Positions 1 through 7,992 of a DNA stretch of 32,816 nt are shown one piece after another. How positions within the stretch are numbered: position 1 is the first letter of the stretch; each line of letters starts with the position of its first letter. The translations under genes were made by a program, and so were the position numbers. The stretch spans positions 1 through 32,816 of the forward strand of contig CAYPLO010000009.1 of assembly GCA_964411615.1 (NCBI GenBank). Direction: 5' to 3'. This DNA comes from an uncultured Aquificales bacterium. GTDB lineage: Bacteria; Thermosulfidibacterota; Thermosulfidibacteria; Thermosulfidibacterales; Thermosulfidibacteraceae. The notes under the pieces are model-generated. The model did no database searches. It saw only the letters and a list, made by a program, of their open reading frames with translations, and had not been told where the DNA came from.

Positions 1-19
1 TTAAAGAGCTTATTAAACT

Positions 20-115
20 GTTCAGAGCCTACCTATGAGGGATGGAAACCAGTCTATTTTGTCGGCCTCACGCAGGCTGGGCAGGGTTCAGAGCCTACCT
101 ATGAGGGATGGAAAC
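20..115 (+). CRISPR. CRISPR array end: two identical 30-bp repeats GTTCAGAGCCTACCTATGAGGGATGGAAAC (20-49, 86-115) with a 36-bp spacer (50-85); 1-19 is probably a truncated spacer
   Basis: Exact direct repeats with typical repeat and spacer lengths. 3' end ATGGAAAC resembles the 8-nt Cas6 handle (ATTGAAAC-like), which suggests + orientation. cas6 lies about 240 bp away. The array probably continues left of the window. Confidence 0.92.
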
Positions 116-157
116 GGGTCCTGCTTGTCGCAATGCTGGTCTACATATATATGAGGC

Positions 158-186
158 TTGTAAGTGTGGATGATCAATGTTATCAT
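158..186 (+). promoter_or_regulatory. Putative sigma70 promoter for the small ORF: TTGTAA-N17-TATCAT with extended -10 TG
   Basis: -35 TTGTAA at 158-163, 17-nt spacer, TG at 178-179, -10 TATCAT at 181-186, followed by SD AAGGGAGG at 211-218. Confidence 0.6.
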
Positions 187-224
187 ACAAAACAAGGTAC
201 CTAGCAAACTAAGGGAGGTTGATT

Positions 225-440
225 TTGAATTCTGACTGGGAATTTGATCTTTCATTAGTTTCTTTGCTCTTGGCATTACCAGATGATGTATTGAGGAGGT
301 TTGAAGAGGACTATCCTAACAAAGAGGAGGGGTGGGCGTTATTGCAGAGATTGTCTCAGTTGCCTTTGGATAAATGGAGGGAGGCTGGAGCTCCTGAATA
401 CTTGATAGAGGCTTTTAGTGAGTTATTAGGTGAGGTATAA
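225..440 (+). CDS. Small acidic hypothetical protein (71 aa), convergent with and overlapping cas6
   Basis: Strong SD (211-218) 6 nt before an in-frame TTG at 225 (ORF track starts at TTG 219). Natural-looking amphipathic helical sequence with 16 D/E versus 6 K/R. Confidence 0.6.
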   Translation: MNSDWEFDLSLVSLLLALPDDVLRRFEEDYPNKEEGWALLQRLSQLPLDKWREAGAPEYLIEAFSELLGEV

Positions 441-1198
441 TGTGACTGTTCTCGTATGATTTCTATCATTCCGAATCCTTGGCTGTTTTTAGCTCCCAGA
501 CCCGCGTAGTAAGCTATGAAGAAGTGTGAGCCAGGCAAGTTTATCTCAAAGATGCCGTCCCAAGCTTTTATCCATGTCTTTTTGTATTCTGTGATGACGA
601 GACGCTTGACATTCAAAGTTTTGACATAGTACTTCCCGTCTTGGATGTAGCTGTCTTCTTTCCCAAACCAGGCTATGACTTTCCTGGCAATATTTTCTAA
701 GATTAGCTGTTCAAATTCTGGATCTTTAGGGTGATAGTAAAAAGTATATTTCTTTCCTGAATGTTTGTAAAGTGTTCTGTATATGGTTATTGGTGAGATA
801 GTTTTGACTTTGATTGGTCCTTTTATATTAGGTATTGCTTCTATTTCTACAGAGTGCAAGTAGCATATCTGTTTGTTTAGTATGATATGTTTCTTTCTTA
901 CTATGTTAGTGACTAAAGATTCTAAAAAGTCTGTGTCTACAGATGCAATTTTGACCTGTATGTATCCGTGGAATGTTATTGTCTTGTTTCTTTTGTCAAA
1001 TTCACTTTTTTTAGATGTAATCCTTGAGAAAGTAAATAACTTGAATCTACGTTTGTGATAGGGGAATCCTCTTTCATGCAGAGAGGAGGCTTTATCCTTG
1101 TCGAGGTGTTTGTAAATCATAGATTGGATTATGTGATTGTAATGTACAGGTAGAACAAGGTTACCTGTATCTGGATAGAATCTTAAAATTATTCTCAT
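356..1198 (-). CDS. cas6: CRISPR-associated endoribonuclease Cas6
   Basis: LPVHYNHIIQSMIY, LHERGF...RFKLFTFS (Y/H/K triad region as in Pyrococcus Cas6), ISPI motif and the C-terminal G-loop GLGAKNSQGFG. Adjacent to the CRISPR array. Confidence 0.95.
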   Translation of the reverse strand: MRIILRFYPDTGNLVLPVHYNHIIQSMIYKHLDKDKASSLHERGFPYHKRRFKLFTFSRITSKKSEFDKRNKTITFHGYIQVKIASVDTDFLESLVTNIVRKKHIILNKQICYLHSVEIEAIPNIKGPIKVKTISPITIYRTLYKHSGKKYTFYYHPKDPEFEQLILENIARKVIAWFGKEDSYIQDGKYYVKTLNVKRLVITEYKKTWIKAWDGIFEINLPGSHFFIAYYAGLGAKNSQGFGMIEIIREQSHYTSPNNSLKASIKYSGAPASLHLSKGN

Positions 1199-1222
1199 GC
1201 CCGCTTATTTAACCTTATTTTC

Positions 1223-1624
1223 TCACGTTCCCGATATGACGGATATGCCGATGCTTTCTACGCCGTTGGCTTTGAGGATGCCAAGAACTTTTATGACGAA
1301 GCCGTAGTTTAGTCGTTTGTCTGCTCTTATTGTGGCGCTTCTGTTTGGGATGTTTTTGTCGGCCTGAAGGAGTAAGTCCAGCTGTGTGAGGGTTATCTCT
1401 TTTCCGTTAAGAAAAATTCGCTTGTCTTTGGTTATCTCTATTTTGTACTGGCGTTTTGTCTGCTGGGTTTCTCCTCCCTTGGCTTTTGGGAGTTCTATTT
1501 TTATCTGCTTGGTGTTGCTTACGAACTGTGTGGCCACCATGAAGAAGATGAGTAGCAGAAACACCACATCGGTCATGGAGATGAGGGTTACGGTGGGCTC
1601 CTCTTCCTCTTTGAAGAACCTCAA
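1223..1624 (-). CDS. exbD: Biopolymer transport protein ExbD/TolR
   Basis: SMTDVVFLLLIFFMVAT TM helix with the conserved Asp, ELPKA and IRADK..YG motifs. Directly downstream of exbB. Confidence 0.92.
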   Translation of the reverse strand: MRFFKEEEEPTVTLISMTDVVFLLLIFFMVATQFVSNTKQIKIELPKAKGGETQQTKRQYKIEITKDKRIFLNGKEITLTQLDLLLQADKNIPNRSATIRADKRLNYGFVIKVLGILKANGVESIGISVISGT

Positions 1625-1626
1625 CC

Positions 1627-2238
1627 TCAGTCCTCCGTGAGTCTGTCAAGGACTCCGAGGGCCACCTCTTCCATCTCTGCTGCCAGCTTGTCCAGCTTGT
1701 TCTTCAGGAAGTTGTAGGCGAGGACCGAGGGGATGGCCACTATGAGCCCGGCTGCTGTGGTTATGAGGGCTTCGGATATGCCTGTGGCTATCAGTTCTGG
1801 CCTTCCCGTTCCCGCCTTCGCTATGGTGGAGAAGGCGTTTATCATTCCCAGGACGGTTCCGAGGAAGCCCAGCATGGGGGCGATGTTGCCTATGGTGCTG
1901 AGAACCCTGAGCTCCCTTGAAAGGACAGAGAACTCGTGCTGTCCAACGCTCTCCATAGCCGTTAGGGCCTCTTCGTAGCTCACCCTGATTCTTTTTGCCC
2001 CTGCCAGTATTATCCTGGCCAGGGGTGAGGGGTTGTTTGCGCATATCTCTTCAATCTTCTTTATGTCGGTGCCTGCGGAGGATAGGGCTCCTATCAGATG
2101 CTCCGGTATCAGCTTTGATTTGCGGTAGGCCCACAGTCTCTCCAGGAATATGGCCAGTGCTACGATAGAACATAGCAGTATGGGATACATTACAGGACCG
2201 CCCTGCTGGAACCAGAGCAAGAGCTTGTTGGCTGTCAT
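1627..2238 (-). CDS. exbB: MotA/TolQ/ExbB proton channel protein
   Basis: GGPVMYPILLCS, APMLGFLGTVLGMI and GISEALITTAAGLIVAIP motifs. Start placed at ATG 2238 rather than TTG 2274 because of the promoter geometry. Confidence 0.92.
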   Translation of the reverse strand: MTANKLLLWFQQGGPVMYPILLCSIVALAIFLERLWAYRKSKLIPEHLIGALSSAGTDIKKIEEICANNPSPLARIILAGAKRIRVSYEEALTAMESVGQHEFSVLSRELRVLSTIGNIAPMLGFLGTVLGMINAFSTIAKAGTGRPELIATGISEALITTAAGLIVAIPSVLAYNFLKNKLDKLAAEMEEVALGVLDRLTED

Positions 2239-2245
2239 GGGTGGG

Positions 2246-2274
2246 AGAATACCAGCAGCGTTGATGTGAATCAA
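2246..2274 (-). promoter_or_regulatory. Putative leaderless sigma70 promoter of exbB: TTGATT-N17-TATTCT-N7-ATG
   Basis: Minus strand: -35 at 2274-2269, TG extended -10, -10 at 2251-2246, ATG at 2238. No SD before the ATG. Confidence 0.6.
2261..2274. promoter_or_regulatory. FNR/DNR (CRP-FNR family) binding site TTGATGTGAATCAA
   Basis: Perfect TTGAT-N4-ATCAA. Centre 2267.5 lies at -41.5 if TATATT (2297-2302) is the -10 of the rightward promoter. Confidence 0.75.
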
Positions 2275-2329
2275 GGAGCCCGGATATGGCTTCGGCTATA
2301 TTCTCTCAAAAAAGGTCAGGAGGTCTGAG

Positions 2330-2989
2330 ATGGCGAAGGTTATGAGGAAGGTGGTGGAGATTGATGAGGAGCTCTGCGACGGGTGTGGGCTCTGTGTTCC
2401 CGCCTGTCATGAGGGGGCTATAAAGATAGTTAACGGTAAGGCAAAGGTTATTAATCACCTGTGTGATGGGCTTGGGGACTGTATAGGGCACTGTCCTAAG
2501 GGGGCCATAAGGATTGTTGAGAAGGAGGTGGAGGAGACCGCTTTCTGCTGTCCCGGTAGTGCCCTGAGGGATATGGAGAAAGAGGCTTCCACCGTTGATG
2601 TTGAGATTCCTTCGGCTCTGACCCACTGGCCCGTGCAGGTGAGGCTTGTGCCACCTCATGCTCCCTTTTTGAGAGGTGCTGACCTTCTGATTGTGGCGGA
2701 TTGTGTGCCAGTAGCCTATCCTGAGCTTCACACTAAGCTCATGCCCGGCAAGAAGGTTCTTGTGGGGTGTCCCAAGTTTGACCCGGCTGCCGAGTATGTG
2801 GAGAGGTTCGCTTCCATATTTGAGATGGCAAGGCCCAAGAGTGTCACTGTGGCCATTATGGAGGTTCCCTGCTGTGGAGGGCTTGTGAGGGAGGTGCTGA
2901 CGGCAAGGGACAAGGCGGGTGTGGATGTTCCCGTGAAGGTGGTGGTGGTTGGTGTTAACGGTAGTATCCTCAGGGAGGAGGAGCTTTGA
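2330..2989 (+). CDS. 4Fe-4S ferredoxin-domain protein (FrdX-like, family often linked to hcp)
   Basis: CDGCGLCVPAC and CDGLGDCIGHCP clusters; conserved LTHWPVQ, ADC, GCPKFD and MEVPCC motifs; SD AGGAGG. Confidence 0.85.
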   Translation: MAKVMRKVVEIDEELCDGCGLCVPACHEGAIKIVNGKAKVINHLCDGLGDCIGHCPKGAIRIVEKEVEETAFCCPGSALRDMEKEASTVDVEIPSALTHWPVQVRLVPPHAPFLRGADLLIVADCVPVAYPELHTKLMPGKKVLVGCPKFDPAAEYVERFASIFEMARPKSVTVAIMEVPCCGGLVREVLTARDKAGVDVPVKVVVVGVNGSILREEEL

Positions 2990-3765
2990 TAAGGTGGACC
3001 GAGGAGGCGGAGAGGCTGCTGGGTAGGGTCCCCTTCTTTGTCAGGGGGATGGTGAAGAGGAGGGTTGAGAGGTGGGCTTATGATAAGGGGATTGAGGTTA
3101 TAACAGAGGAGCTTTTCCGCAGGGCCAAGGAGGAGCTGGTTGGGGATGCCTCCAGGGTGAACAGGGGCTTTTCCGTTGAGGGGTGTATGGGGTGCAGGCA
3201 CAGGGTTACCGATTCCCGTGGCCTTATGGACAGGATGGAGGAGCTTCTCAAAGGTAGCGGTATTACCGAGTTTCTGCTGAAAGCTACCGGTGGTGAGCTG
3301 AAGCACCACAACCAGTTCAGGGTGGCTCTTTCCGAGTGTCCCAACTCATGCTCCAGGGTGCATATTGCGGATTTTGGACTTCAGGGGAGGGTGATTCTGG
3401 AGGTTAATGGTTCCCTTTGCGATGCCTGTGGCAGGTGTGTGGATGCCTGCGTGGATGGTGCCGTCAGGTGCCCTCCCTTAGAGGTTGATGGTTCCCTGTG
3501 TCTTGCCTGTGGCGAGTGTGCCAGGGTCTGTCCTTCAGGGGCCCTTTCCTTTTTTCGGACGGGATACAGGGTCCTTGTGGGTGGCAAGCTCGGTAGAAGG
3601 CCCCGTCTGGCCCAGGAGCTGGTCTCTTTCGCAACGGCCGATGAGGTTTTGAGTCTTCTTGGGAGGGTTCTCAGGGTGTACATGGAGTACTGTGAGAAGG
3701 GGGAGAGGCTGGGGGCTGTTATAGAACGCATGGGTTGGGAGCGCTTCTGTAGTCTTGTCCTTTAG
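2986..3765 (+). CDS. PCP_red-like N-terminal domain + nitrite/sulfite reductase 4Fe-4S/siroheme domain + ferredoxin domain
   Basis: WTEEAERLLGRVPFFVRGMVKRRVE (PCP_red-like); ECPNSCSRVHIADFG; two CxxCxxCxxxC; VGGKLGRRPRLA and GERLG motifs. Confidence 0.8.
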   Translation: MIRWTEEAERLLGRVPFFVRGMVKRRVERWAYDKGIEVITEELFRRAKEELVGDASRVNRGFSVEGCMGCRHRVTDSRGLMDRMEELLKGSGITEFLLKATGGELKHHNQFRVALSECPNSCSRVHIADFGLQGRVILEVNGSLCDACGRCVDACVDGAVRCPPLEVDGSLCLACGECARVCPSGALSFFRTGYRVLVGGKLGRRPRLAQELVSFATADEVLSLLGRVLRVYMEYCEKGERLGAVIERMGWERFCSLVL

Positions 3766-3826
3766 AGGTTGCCTGCCTTTTGCTTTGATGTTAGGAAGCT
3801 TTCTAAAGCTACCCTGGAGGTGGGCC

Positions 3827-4546
3827 ATGCATTACTGTGGTGAGCCGCGTGATGGTATGTTACTTCTGGTACATGGTGCCGGCAACAACTGTGGAGTGTG
3901 GGAGGAGTTTGCCTCATACCTCGGTCTTCCCTGGGTGGCGGTGGATTTGCCCGGACACGGCAAAAGTGGCGGGGATGGGTTTGAGAGCATTTCGGATTAC
4001 GCCAGGTCCGTTGCCGATTTTGTTGAGTCCCTTAAGGTTAAGGATGTGGTTCTGGTGGGCCATTCCATGGGAGGTGCCATAGTTCAGGCGGTTATGGCCG
4101 AGAATCCTTCGTGGTTGAAGGCGGGGGTTCTTGTGTCCACGGGGCCGAAGCTTAAGGTTAACCCCGCCATATTTGAGGGGCTTGAGAGGGAGCCTGAGGC
4201 TACCATTGGTAAGGTTGCCCGCTGGGCTGTGGCTAAGGGAGCTCCTGAGGATGTGGTTGAGAGGACGAGGGCCATCTTCTCAAGTGCCCCTGTGGAGGTG
4301 GTGATAAAGGACTTCAGGGCATGCGATGCCTTTGATGGGGAGGGGCTCTGCTCTTCTGTTAAGGTGCCTGTTCTTGTGGTGGTGGGTTCAGAAGACGTTA
4401 TGACGCCTCCAAAGCTGTCTAAGAGGCTCGTTGAGCTCATTCCGGAGGCCAGACTTGAGGTGATAGAGGGAGCAGGCCACATGCTTCAGCTTGAAAGGCC
4501 GAAAGAGCTTGCCCGCGCGATTGTGGATTTTGTTAAGGGGTTGTGA
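3827..4546 (+). CDS. Alpha/beta fold hydrolase
   Basis: VHGAG, DLPGHGKS, GHSMGG nucleophile elbow, GSED and GAGH motifs. SD GGAGG at 3816-3820 supports ATG 3827. Confidence 0.9.
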   Translation: MHYCGEPRDGMLLLVHGAGNNCGVWEEFASYLGLPWVAVDLPGHGKSGGDGFESISDYARSVADFVESLKVKDVVLVGHSMGGAIVQAVMAENPSWLKAGVLVSTGPKLKVNPAIFEGLEREPEATIGKVARWAVAKGAPEDVVERTRAIFSSAPVEVVIKDFRACDAFDGEGLCSSVKVPVLVVVGSEDVMTPPKLSKRLVELIPEARLEVIEGAGHMLQLERPKELARAIVDFVKGL

Positions 4547-4560
4547 TAGGGGAAGGGGCC

Positions 4561-5058
4561 ATGAGGCAGATGTGGGCTCCCTGGAGGATGGAGTATATTC
4601 TGTCCCACAAGGATAAGGGCTGTTTTATCTGTGAGGCCGCCAAGGCTGGCCCCTCTGAGGAGAACCTGCTTCTCTTCAAAGGGGATAGCTGTCTGGTCAT
4701 TTTGAACCGCTTTCCCTACAATCCTGGCCACCTTATGGTGGCTCCCGTAAGGCATGTGGGGGATATAACCCAGATGGAGCCTGATGAGCACTGTGAGATG
4801 ATGTCCCTTGCATCTGTGTGCGTTGAGGTTATGAGGGAACTTATGAACCCTGACGGGTTCAATCTCGGGATAAATCTGGGGAAGGTGGCCGGTGCCGGTT
4901 TGGAGACCCATGTCCACCTTCATGTGGTTCCCAGGTGGGCTGGGGATACGAATTTTATGCCTGTTCTTGCGGATGTGAAGGTTATCCCGGAGCATCTGGT
5001 TTCCACCTACAGAAAGCTTAGGGAGGCCCTTTTAAAAAGGCTGGAGGTAGGGGAATGA
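4561..5058 (+). CDS. HIT family nucleotide hydrolase (Ap4A phosphorylase-like)
   Basis: MWAPWR, CFIC, NRFPYNPGHLMV and HVHLHVVPRW histidine triad. Alternative GTG start at 4543. Confidence 0.92.
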   Translation: MRQMWAPWRMEYILSHKDKGCFICEAAKAGPSEENLLLFKGDSCLVILNRFPYNPGHLMVAPVRHVGDITQMEPDEHCEMMSLASVCVEVMRELMNPDGFNLGINLGKVAGAGLETHVHLHVVPRWAGDTNFMPVLADVKVIPEHLVSTYRKLREALLKRLEVGE

Positions 5059-5384
5059 TAATTCTGCGTCTGTTCTTTGGTCTTGTTATAATATTTCTGC
5101 TGGTGGCTTTCGCCATAAGGAATATGACGCCTGTCCATCTGGATTTCTACTTCTACAAGACTCCGGATGTTCCCCTGTTTGTGCTTTTGTATCTGTGTCT
5201 GCTACTTGGGGTGGCGGCTGCATGGGTGCTGGTTATAGGAGAACAGCTGAGGATGAAGATGGAGCTGAGGAAGAAGGACAAGCGTATCAAGGAGCTTGAG
5301 AAGCAGCTTTCCGCCTATGAGAAAGAAGAGAAGAGGGAGGTAGAGGAGGGCCATGAGGGAGCTTCCGAAGGTCTACAATCCTAA
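5055..5384 (+). CDS. LapA (lipopolysaccharide assembly protein A) family membrane protein
   Basis: FAIRN..PV.L...P pattern, two TM helices and a C-terminal coiled coil. Confidence 0.75.
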   Translation: MIILRLFFGLVIIFLLVAFAIRNMTPVHLDFYFYKTPDVPLFVLLYLCLLLGVAAAWVLVIGEQLRMKMELRKKDKRIKELEKQLSAYEKEEKREVEEGHEGASEGLQS

Positions 5385-7992
5385 GGATGTTGAAGAGAGG
5401 TGGGGAAGGTTCTGGATAGAGAGGAGACTCTTTCACGCCGATGAGAGGGATGATAGCAGACCTGCCTACTCCATAGTTATTCCTCCACCGAACGTTACGG
5501 GCTCCCTGCACATGGGGCATGCCCTGAACGCCACTTTGCAGGATATACTGTGCCGGTGGAAGCGTATGGAGGGCTACAACGTCCTCTGGATGCCCGGGAC
5601 GGACCACGCAGGTATAGCCACCCAGACGGTGGTGGAGAGGGAGCTGGCCAAGGAGGGTAAGACCCGCTGGGACCTGGGGCGGGAGAAGTTCATAGAGCGG
5701 GTGTGGCAGTGGAAGGAGAAGTACGGAAACTACATCGTTGAACAGCTGAAGAGGCTCGGTTGCTCCTGCGACTGGGACAGGCTCAGGTTCACGATGGACG
5801 AGGGCTTCTCCAGAGCCGTGAGGGAGGTGTTTGTCCGTCTCTATGAGGAGGGGCTCATATACAAGGGTAGCTACATAGTTAACTGGTGCCCCAGGTGCCA
5901 TACGGCCCTTTCGGACCTTGAGGTGGAGTATGAGGAACAGGACGGCCACCTCTGGTATATAAGATACCCCCTGGAGGACGGCTCCGGATACATAACGGTG
6001 GCCACCACGAGGCCCGAGACCATGCTGGGGGATACGGCTGTTGCTGTGAATCCAGAGGACGAGAGGTACAGGGACTTTGTGGGCAAGAAGGTGATTCTGC
6101 CTCTGGTCAACAGGAAGATACCTGTGATAGCCGACCCCTATGTTGACCCGGAGTTCGGTACCGGTGCCCTGAAGATAACCCCCGCCCACGACCCCAACGA
6201 CTTTGAGATAGGCAGGCGGTTCGGCCTTGATGTGGTCTGTGTGATGAACACCGACGGCACCATGAACGAGCTTGCGGGTAAATACGCAGGTATGGACAGG
6301 TACGAGGCCAGGAAGGCCATTGTTAGGGACCTTGAGGAGCTTGGGCTTCTGGAGAAGGTGGAACCATACAGGCACTCTGTGGGCCACTGCTACAGATGCC
6401 ATACCGTAATAGAGCCTTACGTCTCTGAGCAGTGGTTCGTGAAGACGAAGCCTCTGGCTGAGCCTGCCATAAAGGCCGTTGAGGATGGAAGGACCCGCAT
6501 CATCCCCGAGAGGTGGAAGAAGGTCTACTTCGAGTGGATGCGCAACATAAGGGACTGGTGCATATCAAGGCAGATATGGTGGGGACACAGGATACCCGCC
6601 TGGTACTGTTCAGAGTGCGGTAAGATTTCGGTGAGCAGGGAGGATATAGACAGATGCCTGCACTGTGGTAGTCAGAACATCAGGCAGGATGAGGATGTGC
6701 TGGACACCTGGTTCTCCTCCGCCCTCTGGCCCTTCGGTACCATGGGCTGGCCTGATGAGACGGAGACCCTGAAGAGGTTCTATCCCACAAGCTGCTTGGT
6801 TACAGGGTTTGATATCCTCTTCTTCTGGGTGGCCCGCATGATGATGATGGGGCTCAAATTCATGGGGGATGTTCCCTTCAGAGATGTCTATATCCACGCC
6901 CTTATCAGGGATGAGAAGGGGCAGAAGATGTCCAAGACCAGGGGCAATGTGATAGACCCCCTTGAGATGATGGATAAGTACGGAACCGATGCCCTGAGGT
7001 TCACCCTTGCCATTCTGGCCGCCCAGGGCAGGGATATAAGGCTTTCGGAGAAGAAGATAGAGGCCTACAGGAACTTTGTTAACAAGATATGGAATGCGGC
7101 AAGGTTTGTGCTCATGAACCTTGATGGCTATGAGCCTGTGGATATATCCGGCAGGGAGCTTGAGCTTGCGGACAGGTGGATTCTTAGCAGGCTCAACAGG
7201 ACGGTGCATGAGGCGAGGAGGGCTCTGGAGGAGTACGAGTTTGATGAGTACGCCTCTGCCATATACAACTTCACCTGGCATCAGTTCTGCGACTGGTACA
7301 TTGAGCTGGCGAAGCCCGCCCTTTACGGAGACGATGCCGAAAGGAGGCTGACTGTTCAGAATATACTGGTTCACGTCTTTGATGTCCTTTTGAGGCTGGC
7401 CCATCCCGTTATGCCCTTTGTGACGGAGGAGATACGCCAGAAACTTCCCATTGAGAAGGAGGAGAGCATACTCCTTTCCCCCTTCCCCCAGGTGGAGGAG
7501 GGATGGCTTGATGGGGAGGCCGAGGCGGATATGGCCTTTCTCATGGACGTTGTGGGTGCCGTTAGGAATGTTAAGGCGGATATGTCCATTCCACTTACCA
7601 GGAAGGTTAAGGTGCTTGTGAAGGCCCAGGGGAGGGAGAAGGAGCTCCTTGATAGGTACGGTGCTTACGTCACCACCTTAGCCTTTGCCGATGGCCTTGA
7701 GGTGGGGCCTGAGGTTGAGAGGCCTCCCAGGTCTGCCATGAGGGTGGTGGGCTCCTCCGAGGTCTACGTGCCTTTAGGGGATGTGATAGACTTTGAGAAG
7801 GAGAGGGAGAGGCTTCTCAGAGAGCTTAAGAAGGTGGAGAAGGAGCTGGAGAGGGTGAACAGGAAGCTTGCCAATAAGAACTTCCTTGAGAAGGCTCCCC
7901 AGGAGGTGGTGGAGAAGGAGAGGAGGATACGCCAGGAGCTGGAGGACAAGAAGGCCCGCCTTGAAGAGGCCATTGCCAGTATCTCTTCCTGA
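5353..7992 (+). CDS. valS: Valine--tRNA ligase
   Basis: [28 protein letters not shown] and KMSKT motifs; C-terminal coiled coil; 879 aa. Confidence 0.99.
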   Translation: MRELPKVYNPKDVEERWGRFWIERRLFHADERDDSRPAYSIVIPPPNVTGSLHMGHALNATLQDILCRWKRMEGYNVLWMPGTDHAGIATQTVVERELAKEGKTRWDLGREKFIERVWQWKEKYGNYIVEQLKRLGCSCDWDRLRFTMDEGFSRAVREVFVRLYEEGLIYKGSYIVNWCPRCHTALSDLEVEYEEQDGHLWYIRYPLEDGSGYITVATTRPETMLGDTAVAVNPEDERYRDFVGKKVILPLVNRKIPVIADPYVDPEFGTGALKITPAHDPNDFEIGRRFGLDVVCVMNTDGTMNELAGKYAGMDRYEARKAIVRDLEELGLLEKVEPYRHSVGHCYRCHTVIEPYVSEQWFVKTKPLAEPAIKAVEDGRTRIIPERWKKVYFEWMRNIRDWCISRQIWWGHRIPAWYCSECGKISVSREDIDRCLHCGSQNIRQDEDVLDTWFSSALWPFGTMGWPDETETLKRFYPTSCLVTGFDILFFWVARMMMMGLKFMGDVPFRDVYIHALIRDEKGQKMSKTRGNVIDPLEMMDKYGTDALRFTLAILAAQGRDIRLSEKKIEAYRNFVNKIWNAARFVLMNLDGYEPVDISGRELELADRWILSRLNRTVHEARRALEEYEFDEYASAIYNFTWHQFCDWYIELAKPALYGDDAERRLTVQNILVHVFDVLLRLAHPVMPFVTEEIRQKLPIEKEESILLSPFPQVEEGWLDGEAEADMAFLMDVVGAVRNVKADMSIPLTRKVKVLVKAQGREKELLDRYGAYVTTLAFADGLEVGPEVERPPRSAMRVVGSSEVYVPLGDVIDFEKERERLLRELKKVEKELERVNRKLANKNFLEKAPQEVVEKERRIRQELEDKKARLEEAIASISS

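Noticed and set aside
136..165. Possible degenerate third repeat (CTAC...TATGAGG) and CATATATATG palindrome
   Set aside because: Only about half the positions match, it needs a gap, and it would leave a spacer of 20 nt or less. The palindrome is low complexity.
88..276. 62-aa minus-strand ORF running into the CRISPR repeat
   Set aside because: Overlaps the repeat and the better-supported plus-strand ORF; no RBS or motif.
1354..1365. 12-nt match (TTTTGTCGGCCT) between the CRISPR spacer and the exbD region
   Set aside because: Only 12 of 36 nt with mismatched flanks. A match of this length is plausible by chance in 33 kb, so it is not called self-targeting.
7868..7972. ORF-track N-terminal extensions (lpxK 7868, hydrolase 3755, maf 11809, vorB 19194, exbB 2274)
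   Set aside because: They overlap upstream genes or promoters and look non-protein-like; downstream starts have SD, coupling or promoter support.
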